This document shows, in pieces, positions 36,045 through 49,236 of a stretch of DNA of 64,000 nucleotides. Both the position numbers and the translations under genes were made by a program. The notes beneath the pieces were generated by a model. That model saw only the letters and a list, made by a program, of their open reading frames with translations, was not told where the DNA came from and ran no database searches. The DNA is from an uncultured delta proteobacterium (lineage in GTDB: Bacteria > Desulfobacterota > RBG-13-43-22): the NCBI GenBank assembly GCA_963743305.1, contig CAVUPH010000006.1, positions 160,001 to 224,000 of the forward strand, written 5' to 3'. Every line of letters begins with the position of its first letter. The first letter of the stretch is position 1.

Positions 36045-36769
36045 TAATTCAACCTGAATTTCTCGCCAAGGTAAATCTTCTTGGCTAATTCGCTTTCGGC
36101 CAATTCCTCCGGACTCCCCTCCTCCAAAATGACCCCCTCATTCAGAATGTAGGCCCGATCGCAAACCGACAAGGTTTCCCGGACGTTGTGATCGGAAATG
36201 AGGATCCCGATGTTTTTTTCCTTCAACTGGCGGATGATGTTTTGAATATCATTGACCGCCAAGGGATCGATACCGGCAAAGGGTTCATCCAACAGCATAA
36301 TTTGAGGCGCCGTGACCAAGGCCCGGGTTATTTCCACCCGGCGCCGTTCGCCTCCGGACAGGGAATAGGCCTTATTCCGGGCCAAATGACTGAGCTTCAA
36401 TTCTTTGAGCAATGACTCCAAGCGCCCTTCCCTCTCGGGAGAAGATAAGTCCAGGGTTTCCAGGATGGCCATGATATTCTCGGCCACCGTTAGTTTGGTA
36501 AAGACCGACGGCTCCTGGGGCAGGTAATTAATGCCTTTCCGCGCCCTTTGGTACATCGGCAATTCGCGAATGTCCTCCCCGTCGAACAAGATCCGCCCTT
36601 GATTGGGACGGGTTAACCCGACGATCATGTAAAAGGTGGTAGTTTTCCCGGCCCCGTTGGGCCCCAGCAGCCCCACGATCTCACCCTGGCTCAATTGCAG
36701 AGAAACCCGATTCACCACGGCCTTCCGGTGATAGAACTTGACCAGTTCCTGGACAGAGAGTTGTTTCAT
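36044..36769 (-). CDS. lptB: LPS export ABC ATPase
   Basis: [36 protein letters not shown] and DHNVRETL. Confidence 0.96.
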   Translation of the reverse strand: MKQLSVQELVKFYHRKAVVNRVSLQLSQGEIVGLLGPNGAGKTTTFYMIVGLTRPNQGRILFDGEDIRELPMYQRARKGINYLPQEPSVFTKLTVAENIMAILETLDLSSPEREGRLESLLKELKLSHLARNKAYSLSGGERRRVEITRALVTAPQIMLLDEPFAGIDPLAVNDIQNIIRQLKEKNIGILISDHNVRETLSVCDRAYILNEGVILEEGSPEELAESELAKKIYLGEKFRLN

Positions 36770-36777
36770 GGGAAGAA

Positions 36778-37362
36778 CTACTTTTTTTCCTCTTGGTGAA
36801 TGACCGCCTGAACCCGATTGGCTCCTTTACTGGTGACCTGGCTGCGGTTTTCCCTGATCCAGACCGTGATTTCCTCGCCCTTAACCAAATTTTTCCCCTG
36901 CCAGACCTTGGGATTCCCCGTCAACACTATTTTTTGTTCGTCGTTGAAGAAAGTAGCGTTTTCCCCCGTAGCCACATCTTCTCCCTGGACGATCTTTACG
37001 TGGCCGGTGGCGATTATCTTATCGATCTTGCTCTGTTGCGACAAGCCTTCCTTTTTTTCGGGTTTGGGGGCCTGGCTCAGCCCGGGCTTTTTTTCCGTGT
37101 CGCCGGTATAATAGACAGTCAGTTTGTCACAGTAGATATAAAGCGTTTCCTTTTCCTGGAGCTGTTTGGCCACTACGGACCCGGAAAAGGTAGCGATCTT
37201 GGCTTTATTATCGGCGTCCAGGGTGTCGGAGGTCACCACGATGGGATTCTTACTGCCGCCGACGGGCTTTTCCCCGGCCCCCCAGGCCGGGGAATGAAAA
37301 AAGGAAAGTCCCAGCATTCCCGCCAATAGGGCCGACATCACTATTTTGCCTGTCTTAATCAT
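36778..37362 (-). CDS. lptA: LPS transport periplasmic protein
   Basis: Signal peptide, OstA-like beta motifs, position upstream of lptB. Confidence 0.88.
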   Translation of the reverse strand: MIKTGKIVMSALLAGMLGLSFFHSPAWGAGEKPVGGSKNPIVVTSDTLDADNKAKIATFSGSVVAKQLQEKETLYIYCDKLTVYYTGDTEKKPGLSQAPKPEKKEGLSQQSKIDKIIATGHVKIVQGEDVATGENATFFNDEQKIVLTGNPKVWQGKNLVKGEEITVWIRENRSQVTSKGANRVQAVIHQEEKK

Positions 37363-37427
37363 CGATCCTCCCTGACCCAACCCGGATGTCGGGCTTATGA
37401 ATTAAAGGCTCCCCACGGAATTGGCCT

Positions 37428-38009
37428 TTATCCGCGGTTCGGCCCCTTAAAAAATTCCTGATAAAAAGTGGTCCTGGCCTTGTTTTTGATAAACAGTCTT
37501 TGGGAATCCAGTTGCATAATAGCCCCCCGGCCTTCCACCATTATTTCCGGGCCCTTGAACGTCACCACCCCGTCGGTGCACACCTCCCTTGTTTCGTCCC
37601 GGTAATAAAGGGTCGGAGCTTTCAACTCATAGCCCCTCTCTGATAAAATGACGACTTCGCCTTCCATATAAATATTTTTGGTCTGGGTATCTAAATAGCC
37701 CCGGTTCCCCACCAAGGAGATGGGTTTATCCTCTTTGGGGAAATAGAGGATGGTTACCTTCTTAAAGGAAACCAGATTCTTGTCCTTCTGGTACTCCACC
37801 TCCTCGGCCTTCAACTCCCAGAGTTTAACCCCGTCCTTGACTTGTGAGAAATTGATTTCTTTTAAACCCACATTACCGGGTGTTTGCCCGGTGACCGGTT
37901 TTTGGGATGGAACGATGGTGGGTTTCTGAGTCCTGAAGGCGTACAGGCCGATCCAAAAAGCGACCACGCACAGGATCCCGATCATCAGCAGATTTTTAAC
38001 TTTCTTCAT
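37428..38009 (-). CDS. lptC: LPS export protein LptC
   Basis: N-terminal TM helix, WELKA, synteny with lptAB. Confidence 0.85.
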   Translation of the reverse strand: MKKVKNLLMIGILCVVAFWIGLYAFRTQKPTIVPSQKPVTGQTPGNVGLKEINFSQVKDGVKLWELKAEEVEYQKDKNLVSFKKVTILYFPKEDKPISLVGNRGYLDTQTKNIYMEGEVVILSERGYELKAPTLYYRDETREVCTDGVVTFKGPEIMVEGRGAIMQLDSQRLFIKNKARTTFYQEFFKGPNRG

Positions 38010-38064
38010 TCAGTTATTATACTCACAATGCCGTTGATAGGTCAATGAGACAATTCCCGGGAGG

Positions 38065-38613
38065 CTACTCCTCAAGGTCCAGGGCGTACCCGTTCACTAT
38101 CTCTTTCCATTTACTCTGGGACTTCAGGATTTCCTCGGCCACCTCTCGAACCGCGCCCCAACCGCCAGATTTTCGGGTCACATAACCCACGGATCGATGG
38201 GTCAAGGGATGTCCGTTCGGGACTCCGATCGACAACCCCACTCGTTGCAGGAGCGGGAGATCGGCTAGATCATCCCCCATGTAGGCCACCTGTTTCAGGT
38301 TCCAGCCTTTATTCCTCAGCAAGCCTTGGACCACAGCCCACTTATCCTGAATATCCTGGAAAAGCAAGGAAATTCCGAGTTCTCCGGCCCGGGCCAGGAC
38401 GGACCCGGAGGAGCGCCCGGAAATGATCCCCACCTCTATTCCGGCCTTTAGCAACCAGCGGATTCCCTGGCCGTCATGAACGTGAAAAATTTTCCTTTCC
38501 TTCCCGCGTTCATCCAACTGAATGCGTCCGTCGGTTAAAACGCCGTCCACGTCCAGCAGGAGTACCGCCACCCCGCGGGCCTTTCGTCGAAAATCATTTT
38601 TGGCAGCGGTCAA
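38065..38613 (-). CDS. kdsC: KDO 8-phosphate phosphatase
   Basis: LDVDGVLTDG, FHVHDG, MGDDLAD and GGWGAVRE. Confidence 0.92.
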   Translation of the reverse strand: MTAAKNDFRRKARGVAVLLLDVDGVLTDGRIQLDERGKERKIFHVHDGQGIRWLLKAGIEVGIISGRSSGSVLARAGELGISLLFQDIQDKWAVVQGLLRNKGWNLKQVAYMGDDLADLPLLQRVGLSIGVPNGHPLTHRSVGYVTRKSGGWGAVREVAEEILKSQSKWKEIVNGYALDLEE

Positions 38614-38645
38614 GGATTCCTCGGAATAATCATTGAAAAAAGAAG

Positions 38646-41200
<2,555 letters not shown>

Positions 41201-41244
41201 CTAAAAAGTCAACTTTCCCCTCCGGTTTTGTCACTGTTATTAAA

Positions 41245-41596
41245 TAAGGTTGTTCGCCCTTTTGGGTGGGTGGCCACAATATCTGGTAGATTAGACTAAA
41301 ATCAGGCCTTCGTGGCCGATGGGTCTCGGCGAAAGGGTTTTCCACCTTGCTTTATAGGTTCTAACCCGGCCCCCATGTTTCTAAATCTTCACGGAGGCAG
41401 GGCCGGCCGAAGAGGCATCAAAAGCCTTTGAGTTTGGGCCTGCTTCAAATAAAATTGGTAATTTAGGCCCGGATTCAAAGTCCGGAGTACCTTTGGAAAG
41501 CCCTTTCGCCAAGACCCGGCGGCCACGGAGACCCGATTTCAAAAAAAAACACCCGATAGCCTAGCCGCTATCCCCAAAGGGCGAAGCGACAACTTA
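41245..41596. mobile_element. MITE-like element, copy B (inverted relative to copy A)
   Basis: TAAGGTTGTTCGCCCTTTTGGG...CCCAAAGGGCGAAGCGACAACTTA; aligns along its length with the reverse complement of 24460-24787. Confidence 0.8.
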
Positions 41597-41602
41597 TTTT
41601 AA

Positions 41603-41631
41603 TTGACAAAATTATGAGAATATTTTAATCT
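41603..41631 (+). promoter_or_regulatory. Putative sigma70 promoter of rpsF
   Basis: TTGACA, 17-nt spacer, TAATCT. Confidence 0.5.
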
Positions 41632-41638
41632 ATTCATT

Positions 41639-41682
41639 TCTCCTTGCTCCCTATGAGGGGGGCTATACTATCCGTAAGGAGG
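41639..41682 (+). promoter_or_regulatory. S6:S18-type ribosomal leader RNA
   Basis: CTCCTT can pair with the SD AAGGAG; inner stem CTCCCT/AGGGGG; unpaired CCG before the SD. Confidence 0.7.
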
Positions 41683-41686
41683 TTCT

Positions 41687-42115
41687 ATGCGCAGGTACGA
41701 AGTGGTATTTATTGTTCATCCGGACTTGACGGATGAAGAGATCAAAGCGGTCAGCGATCGCTACGGCGAAATGATCGTGTCCCTAAAAGGGACGGTCATC
41801 AAAACCGAGGACTGGGGCCGAAGGAAATTAGCCTACGACATCAAAAAACAATCCAAAGGCGCTTATTCCCTGATTGATTTTTACGGCCCTGGAAATATGA
41901 TCAAGGAAATTGAACGTAATTTCAATATTGACGACAAAATCTTAAAGTTTCTCACGGTTAAAATCAAAGACCCCTTTGACCCCGCCCAGTTGGAGCAGGA
42001 AAAGGAAGAAGCGATTCAGCCGGAATCTCTGATCTCCCCTGAAGAAATGGACGAAGGGTCTGAAAAATCCGTCGAAGTTCCAGAAAAGTCTGAAGCGGAA
42101 GAGGAGGGAGAATAG
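41687..42115 (+). CDS. rpsF: 30S ribosomal protein S6
   Basis: [19 protein letters not shown] and acidic tail. Confidence 0.96.
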   Translation: MRRYEVVFIVHPDLTDEEIKAVSDRYGEMIVSLKGTVIKTEDWGRRKLAYDIKKQSKGAYSLIDFYGPGNMIKEIERNFNIDDKILKFLTVKIKDPFDPAQLEQEKEEAIQPESLISPEEMDEGSEKSVEVPEKSEAEEEGE

Positions 42116-42117
42116 CC

Positions 42118-42372
42118 ATGCCTATACCCCAGAATAGAAGAAAAAAACGCGTTTTTACCAGACGTAAAATCTGCCGATTTTGCGCCGACAAGACCATGCA
42201 TATTGATTACAAGGACATGAAGACGCTCAAATACTTTACTACCGAGCGGGGGAAGATCATTCCCCGGCGCATCTCCGGCAACTGCGCGAAACACCAGAGG
42301 GAACTTACGGTAGCTATCAAAAGAACCCGTCAAATTGCCTTATTGCCCTACTTGTCCAAGACAACCAGTTAA
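42118..42372 (+). CDS. rpsR: 30S ribosomal protein S18 (zinc-binding form)
   Basis: CRFC, IDYKD and [17 protein letters not shown]. Confidence 0.97.
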   Translation: MPIPQNRRKKRVFTRRKICRFCADKTMHIDYKDMKTLKYFTTERGKIIPRRISGNCAKHQRELTVAIKRTRQIALLPYLSKTTS

Positions 42373-42419
42373 CCGGAGGCTTCAGACCCTGGCATTAGAT
42401 TCGAATCGGAGGACCGTTT

Positions 42420-42866
42420 ATGAAGCTTATTTTAAAAGAGGATGTGCCCCACCTGGGTAAAGCCGGTGATTTAGTGGAAGTGGCCCGGGGCTACGGACGC
42501 AATTTTTTGGTTCCCCAGGGCAAGGCTCTCGACGCCACGGCCCATCACCTCAGGGAGGTGGAGGAACAGAAACGCTTGATTATCAAAAAAACGACCAAAG
42601 ACCTGGAAGGGGCTCAAAAATTGGCGGAACAAATCAACGCCTTGGAGCTGACCCTTTCCCGGAAGGTTTCCGATGGTGAAAAAATATTCGGTTCGGTGAC
42701 CTCCAAAGACTTGGCCGAAGCCCTGGCCAAAGCCCAGATAACGTTTGACCGCAAAAATATACTTCTGGATGAGCCGATCCGGACCTTGGGGGATTTTGAA
42801 ATCCCTTTGAAGGTTCATACCGGAATAACAGCCCAACTTCGCCTCAAGGTGTCTGAAGAAAAATAG
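42420..42866 (+). CDS. rplI: 50S ribosomal protein L9
   Basis: LGKAGD.V.V..GYGRNFL and KIFGSVT. Confidence 0.97.
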   Translation: MKLILKEDVPHLGKAGDLVEVARGYGRNFLVPQGKALDATAHHLREVEEQKRLIIKKTTKDLEGAQKLAEQINALELTLSRKVSDGEKIFGSVTSKDLAEALAKAQITFDRKNILLDEPIRTLGDFEIPLKVHTGITAQLRLKVSEEK

Positions 42867-42872
42867 TATCTT

Positions 42873-44225
42873 ATGCGCCCCTCTGAGGAAGCGGCCCTTA
42901 AGGTACCCCCTCAAAACATTGAAGCCGAACAATCGGTCCTGGGGGGCATCCTCCTCGAACCCGAGGCCCTGTCCCGTATCTTGGAAATTCTGCAGGAAGA
43001 TGATTTTTATCGAGAAGGGCACCGCAAGATATTCTTCGCCATGGTGGCCCTCTACCAGAAAGGGACACCGGTCGATCTCATCACTTTGACCGAATCCCTT
43101 CTCTCCCGGCAAAATCTGGAGGGGATCGGGGGGGCCAGTTATTTAACCTCCCTGACGGATGCCATCCCCTCCGCCGTCAATATTGAAGTCTATGCCCGGA
43201 TCGTCCGGGAAAAAGCCATCCTCCGACGCCTGATCAACATCACCACGGAAATCGCCAGCAAATGTTATCAATTCTCCGGAGAGGTGGAGGATATTTTAGA
43301 CCAGGCTGAAAAATCAATTTTTGAAATCACCGCCGCCAAAATCACCCCCCATATTTACCCCCTGAGCGAGGTCATCAAAGACAGCTTTCAGACCATAGAA
43401 GCGCTTTACGAGCGCAAAGAACGCATCAGTGGGGTTCCCACCGGATTCACCAAACTGGATCAACTGACATCGGGATTTCAACCTTCGGACCTGATCATTA
43501 TCGCCGGACGCCCGAGCATGGGCAAAACGGCTTTTGCCCTGGATATTGCCCGCAACGCCGCTACCCAGGCCGAGATCCCAGCGGTCATTTTCTCCCTGGA
43601 AATGTCCCGCCAACAATTGGCTATCCGCATGTTGTGCAGTGAAGCCCGGGTGGATTCTTACAAGCTGCGGAGCGGTTTTATCGGAGAACGGGACTGGCCG
43701 CGGTTGACCAATGCCGCCGGCCTGCTCTCCGAAGCGCCGATTTATATCGACGACTCCCCGGGACTCACCGTGCTGCAGATGCGGGCCAAAGCCCGACGGT
43801 TAAAATCGGAGAAGGGATTGGGGCTGGCGGTGGTCGATTATCTCCAGTTGATGAGCGGTCGGGGAGGATCGGACCGCCGGGAACAGGAGATCTCGGAGAT
43901 TTCACGTTCTCTCAAGGCCTTAGCCAAGGAACTCAACATACCCGTGGTGGCCCTCTCCCAGTTGAATCGCAAGGTGGAAGATCGTACCGACCGACGTCCC
44001 TTTATGGCCGATTTAAGAGAATCCGGGGCCATCGAACAGGACGCGGACGTGATTTTGTTCATCTACCGGGACGAGATGTATGATGAGAATTCGAAACAGA
44101 AAGGAACCGCTGAGGTCATCATCGGCAAACAGCGTAACGGCCCGATCGGGAAAATCACGCTGTCCTTTATAAATCAATACACCCGATTTGAAAATTTGGC
44201 CGGCGACGACGGGGAACCGTTCTAA
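42873..44225 (+). CDS. dnaB: Replicative DNA helicase
   Basis: PPQNIEAEQSVLG, AGRPSMGKT, DYLQLM, LSQLNR and DLRESGAIEQDAD; no intein. Confidence 0.98.
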   Translation: MRPSEEAALKVPPQNIEAEQSVLGGILLEPEALSRILEILQEDDFYREGHRKIFFAMVALYQKGTPVDLITLTESLLSRQNLEGIGGASYLTSLTDAIPSAVNIEVYARIVREKAILRRLINITTEIASKCYQFSGEVEDILDQAEKSIFEITAAKITPHIYPLSEVIKDSFQTIEALYERKERISGVPTGFTKLDQLTSGFQPSDLIIIAGRPSMGKTAFALDIARNAATQAEIPAVIFSLEMSRQQLAIRMLCSEARVDSYKLRSGFIGERDWPRLTNAAGLLSEAPIYIDDSPGLTVLQMRAKARRLKSEKGLGLAVVDYLQLMSGRGGSDRREQEISEISRSLKALAKELNIPVVALSQLNRKVEDRTDRRPFMADLRESGAIEQDADVILFIYRDEMYDENSKQKGTAEVIIGKQRNGPIGKITLSFINQYTRFENLAGDDGEPF

Positions 44226-44235
44226 GGAGGACCCT

Positions 44236-45876
44236 ATCAGCCACATCTTCGGGAATACCTCCGGTTTAAAAGCCTCCCAACTGAAAAAACTTCAGTATCT
44301 TTACCGCCGCCACATCCCCCCTCAGCAAGTCATCACGCTGGAATTAGCCCAATCTCTGGCGGATATCTCCTTTGAGATAAAACGTCAAATAGGCCTGCTC
44401 ATCAACCGCCGAGGCGACCTGCTCTACGTCATGGTGGGTCATGACCATTCCCTGTTGATCCCCGATTTGTCCGAATTTCGAGGCGCTAAGGGCCGTCTCA
44501 AAGGCTTGCGTCTGCTACACACGCACTTTAAAGAGGAATCCCTGAATGAGGAAGACCGGACCGATCTGGCCCGCCTGCGTCTGGATCTGGTGACCGTCCT
44601 TGGTCTGGACCGGTCCGGAAACGCCCTCTGGCTGCAAACCGCCCACCTGCTTCCCGATAACCCCGAAGGACTGACTTTTAGAGTCTTGGAACCCGAAAGA
44701 CTGGGACAATCCCGACTGGAAGTGCAAAGCCTGGTCCGCTCTCTGGAGGAAGAATGGGGGCACAGGCTTTCGGTCCGCCGGGTGAGGCGTTCGGCGGAGC
44801 GGGCCATGTTGATCAGTATCACCCAACAGCCAAAATCCGTGGCCCAGGAATCCCTCGAGGAATTGAAAGAATTGGCCTACTCCGCCAACCTGGAGGTTGT
44901 GGAAACAGTTATCCAGACCCGGAAAGAAGTCAACCCTAAGTATTTGATGAGCAAGGACCGTTTGAGCAGCCTGTCCATCCGGGCTTTGCAACTGGAGGCC
45001 ACCCTGTGGGTATTTGACCAGGAATTGAATCCCTCCCAGGTCAGTTCCATCACGGATTTCACCGACCTGAAGGTCATCGACCGCACCCAGTTGATCCTGG
45101 ACATCTTTGCGCAGCGAGCCAGGACCCGGGAGGGGAAGATTCAGGTGGAGATGGCCCAATTGAAGTATATTCTGCCCCGCTTGAAGGGCCGGGATGACGC
45201 CCTCTCCCGGTTAACCGGGGGCATCGGCGGTCGGGGGCCGGGAGAAACCCGGTTGGAGATCGACCGGCGGAGGGTTCGCGAAAAAATTCACCGTCTGCAA
45301 CGGGATCTGGAGGCCATTCGCAGCCAGCGTCAACAACGGCGAGGGAAGCGGGAACGAAGGAACATTCCCGTTATTTCCATCGTGGGATATACCAATGCCG
45401 GAAAATCCACCTTGCTGAATACCCTTACCCACAGCCGTTTGGCGGCCGAGGATCGTCTTTTCGCGACGTTGGATCCCACCAGCCGCCGGCTCAAGTTTCC
45501 CCACGACCGGGAAGTGATCATTACCGATACGGTGGGTTTCATTAAAAACCTGCCCAAAGATCTTCTGACCGCCTTTAGGGCTACCCTGGAAGAATTGGAG
45601 AATGCGGACTTGATCCTCCAGGTACTGGATATCAGCAACCCCCGTTTCGAGGAACATATGACCGTAGTAGAAAATCTTCTGAACCAACTCGGGCTTTCCA
45701 CGATTCCCAGCTTGCGTGTTTTCAACAAAATAGACCGGGTGACCAAAGAATATGCCCAAATCCAGCGTTCCCGTTATCAGGCCGTCTTGGTCTCGGCGCT
45801 GCAAGAGCAGACTCTTGGGGAATTGATGGAACGACTCGAAGCGCTTATTGAGGAGCGCCAGGCCGACCATCGCTGA
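44236..45876 (+). CDS. hflX: GTPase HflX, long form, probable ATC start
   Basis: GYTNAGKST, LFATLDPT, DTVGF and NKID. AAGGAGG lies 5 nt before the in-frame ATC at 44236. Confidence 0.92.
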   Translation: MSHIFGNTSGLKASQLKKLQYLYRRHIPPQQVITLELAQSLADISFEIKRQIGLLINRRGDLLYVMVGHDHSLLIPDLSEFRGAKGRLKGLRLLHTHFKEESLNEEDRTDLARLRLDLVTVLGLDRSGNALWLQTAHLLPDNPEGLTFRVLEPERLGQSRLEVQSLVRSLEEEWGHRLSVRRVRRSAERAMLISITQQPKSVAQESLEELKELAYSANLEVVETVIQTRKEVNPKYLMSKDRLSSLSIRALQLEATLWVFDQELNPSQVSSITDFTDLKVIDRTQLILDIFAQRARTREGKIQVEMAQLKYILPRLKGRDDALSRLTGGIGGRGPGETRLEIDRRRVREKIHRLQRDLEAIRSQRQQRRGKRERRNIPVISIVGYTNAGKSTLLNTLTHSRLAAEDRLFATLDPTSRRLKFPHDREVIITDTVGFIKNLPKDLLTAFRATLEELENADLILQVLDISNPRFEEHMTVVENLLNQLGLSTIPSLRVFNKIDRVTKEYAQIQRSRYQAVLVSALQEQTLGELMERLEALIEERQADHR

Positions 45877-45894
45877 TGGACACACTTTTTCTTC

Positions 45895-45923
45895 TTGACC
45901 GCCTCTACCCCTTAAACTATAAT
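45895..45923 (+). promoter_or_regulatory. sigma70 promoter of the FDH gene
   Basis: TTGACC, 17-nt spacer, TATAAT. Confidence 0.75.
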
Positions 45924-46054
45924 CGACCTGATTTTCAGTCTGGCCCGGTATTCAATATTTTTTTAAGTGATTCAAGAGAGTTATAGGTTCCCATCCGTCA
46001 TACCTCGGGAAAAAGGCACAGGGCCGAATGTAAGAAAGGAGTCTCTGACCCCCC

Positions 46055-48839
46055 ATGGAAAAAGTTCACCTAACGATTAACGGTCAACAAATTGAAACCC
46101 TGGCTGGAAAAACCGTCTGGGAGGCGGCCACGGAGTCCGGGTTCACGATTCCTGTTCTGTGCCACCATCCGGCCCTCCCCCCGGACGGCGCCTGTCGAAT
46201 TTGCGTGGTGGAGAGAGAGCCGCAGGGTTCCCTGGAGACGGCCTGCAACTTTCCGGTTGAGGAAGGGTTGGTCCTCCAAACCCATTCGCCCAAAGTGATC
46301 GAGGCCCGGAAAGCCGTCCTGGAATTGTTGCTTTCCAATCACCCGCTGGACTGCTTGACCTGTGAAGCTACCGGGAACTGCCTCCTTCAGGACCTGGCCT
46401 ATGAATATGAGGTTAAAGGCACCCGTTTTACGGGAGAACGGCAACAGTTCCCCATCGACACCTCCAATCCCTTTATTCAAGTGGACCGCAATAAATGTAT
46501 TTTATGCCGTCGCTGTGTCCGGGCCTGCAAATATATAAACGGCGTCGAGGCGGTGAAAATCATCGAAAGGGGTTTCAACGCCGTCATCGCTTTTGGCGAG
46601 GACACCGAGGCCGGCATGGCCCAGAGCCCATGTGAGTTTTGCGGCAGTTGTCTGGCCATCTGTCCCACCGGCGCCCTGACGGCCAAGATGTCTCTCGGCC
46701 GAGGCCGGAACTGGGAATACCGGAGCGTCAAGACCACCTGTTCCTACTGCGGCGTCGGTTGCCAGCTTGATCTAAAGGTGAAAGATAATACCATCGTCCG
46801 AGTGGATTCCTCCTGGGGATCTCCGGCCAACCGCGGTTGGATGTGCGTCAAGGGCCGCTTTGGCTATGACTATGTCAGCCATCCCGATCGCCTGACCAAG
46901 CCCCGGGTGCGTAAGTATTTGTTGGAAGGAGAACGGACCGCCAAACGATTCGGCGATCCCTGGGTGGAAGTGGATTGGGACACGGCCCTGGACTTGACTG
47001 CCAATCGGTTACGGGCGATTCGCGACGAAGACGGCGGTGACCGGATCGGGGTCCTGACTTCGGCTAAGTGTTTGAATGAAGAAAATTATCTGATGAATAA
47101 ATTCGCCCGGCAGGTTTTAGGGACCAACAATATAGACCATTGCGCCCGCCTCTGACACAGCAGCACCGTGGCCGGTCTGGCCATTTCCTACGGTTCGGGC
47201 GCCATGTCCAATTCGATTGAAGATATTGCCGAACAGGCCCGAGCCTTTTTGGTGATCGGATCCAATACCACCGAACAGCATCCGGTGATCGGGTTCCGGG
47301 TCCGCCAGGCCGTCAGACAACGGGGAGCCGTGCTGATCCTGGCCGATCCCCGACGGATCCCCCTGGCGGATTTCGCGACCTTGCACCTGCGTCATCATCC
47401 GGGCACCGATATCGCCCTGGTGAATGGACTGATGCATATCATCCTCTCTCAGGGCTGGGAAGACCAATCCTTTATCGCCGAGCGGACGGAAGGTTTTGAG
47501 GAATTCAAGAAAGGGATCCTGACTTATACTCCGGAACATAGTGTCCCAGATTACCGGAGTCCCCCTGACACAACTCCAGGAGGCGGCCGAACTGATGGCC
47601 AAAAACCGACCCATGGCCGTACTCTGGGCCATGGGTATCACCCAGCATATCACCGGGGTCAGCAATGTCCAGACGCTGGCCAATCTACAAATGGTCTTGG
47701 GCAACATGGGTATCCCCGGAGGCGGCGTCAACCCCTTGCGAGGACAGAACAATGTCCAGGGGGCCTGCGACATGGGCGGTCTGCCCAATGTCTATCCGGC
47801 CTACCAGGCCGTGACCGACCCCGAGGTCCAGCGGAAATTTGAAGCCGCCTGGGGGGTCCCTTTGTCACCCAAGGTGGGGATGACGGTTACCGAGATGATG
47901 CCCGGCATTCCCGAGGGGAAGATCAAAGCCCTCTATATACTAGGCGAAGATCCGATAATGAGCGATGCGGATACGAATCATGTGCGTCATTGCCTCAAGG
48001 AATGTTCCCTGGTCATACTCCAGGAACTCTTTTCCTCCGAAACCGAACCCTACGCCGACATCCTCCTGCCGGGAACAAGTTTTGCTGAAAAAACAGGCAC
48101 CTTTACAAATACCGAACGACGGATCCAAATGGTCCGGAAGGCCATTGACTCCCCGGGAGAGGCTCGCGAGGATTGGCGCATCATCTCCGAGCTCGCCCGG
48201 CGCCTTCTCTCCCAAGGAGAGCGACGGGTGAGTGACGGGACCTACGGCGGATGGGAATATCAGCGCACCTCGGAAATTATGGAAGAGATCGCCGCTCTTT
48301 CCCCCAGTTATGCCGGGGTGACCCACGAGCGCCTGGAGCGGGGGGAAACCTTTCAGTGGCCGGTGAAGAACAGCACCGACCCCGGGACCCCGGTCCTGCA
48401 TGTGGGAAAATTCGCCCGTGGAGTGGGGAAATTTACGGTTAACGAAAATCTCCCGGCCGCAGAAATGCCGAGCCGTGAATATCCCTATCTTCTGAGCACC
48501 GGAAGGGTGCTCTACCACTGGCACGGCGGACAGATGTCCCGAAGGGCCAAGGGCCTGTTGGAAATCTATCCCCGGCCGTTGGTTGAACTCAATCCGGCCG
48601 ATGCCAAGAAGCTGGGTATGAATGGAAATAAACGGATTCGGGTCACTTCCCGAAGAGGAATGATCGAGAGTGATGCCTGGATCACCGACCGCGTCCCCCC
48701 GGGGATGGTCTATGGAAATTTTCATTTTCCGGAGGCCTCGGTTAACGAGTTGACCAACTCCGCCCTGGACCCGGTGTCCAAAATTCCAGAATACAAAATA
48801 TGCGCCGTGCGGGTCGAAGCGCTGAAGGAAACCAACTGA
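46055..48839 (+). CDS. fdhF: Selenocysteine-containing formate dehydrogenase alpha subunit with N-terminal Fe-S domains; Sec UGA at 47153-47155, frameshift near 47540
   Basis: 2Fe-2S and 4Fe-4S motifs, [41 protein letters not shown] and [10 protein letters not shown]. Three ORF-track pieces join into one gene. Confidence 0.92.
47168..47184 (+). promoter_or_regulatory. SECIS hairpin of FDH
   Basis: GTGGCC-GGTCT-GGCCAT, starting 12 nt after the UGA. Confidence 0.85.
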
Positions 48840-48934
48840 GGCAGGTCCATCGTCTCAACCAGCCTTTTTTGGGCCCCCTCTTCTACCCCCTTTCGGCCCA
48901 TTGACTCCGCCGGCGTGGGAGAGGGGCTTTTTTT

Positions 48935-49161
48935 GGTATGTCGTTTCGCTCTTTTGGGTGAGTGGCTAAGATAGAGGGCCGCTTAATACGAAAATAAAAT
49001 AACCCCGTTCCCCAGGTCATTGCGAGGAGAGAAGCGACGAAGCAATGACGGATATCCCAAATATTTTAATGGTTCGGGGTAGCCGCTACGGCCACGGAAT
49101 TCCGATTTCAGGCTAAACTACCCCAGTTTGTGGCCCTCCACCCAAAAGGACGAACTACCTT
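48935..49161. mobile_element. Degenerate MITE-like copy C with a different repeat in its interior
   Basis: Ends TTTCGCTCTTTTGGGTG / CACCCAAAAGGACGAACTACCTT. The interior contains GTCATTGCGAGGAGAGAAGCGACGAAGCAAT. Confidence 0.65.
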
Positions 49162-49236
49162 TCATTTTCAAATACGTGTTGACTATAATTCTGGAGTGGT
49201 TAGTATTGATTGAAATACTAAATAGCGAGGATCTCT

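Noticed and set aside
42873-44225. Intein in dnaB
   Set aside because: The length (450 aa) and contiguous motifs match an uninterrupted DnaB.
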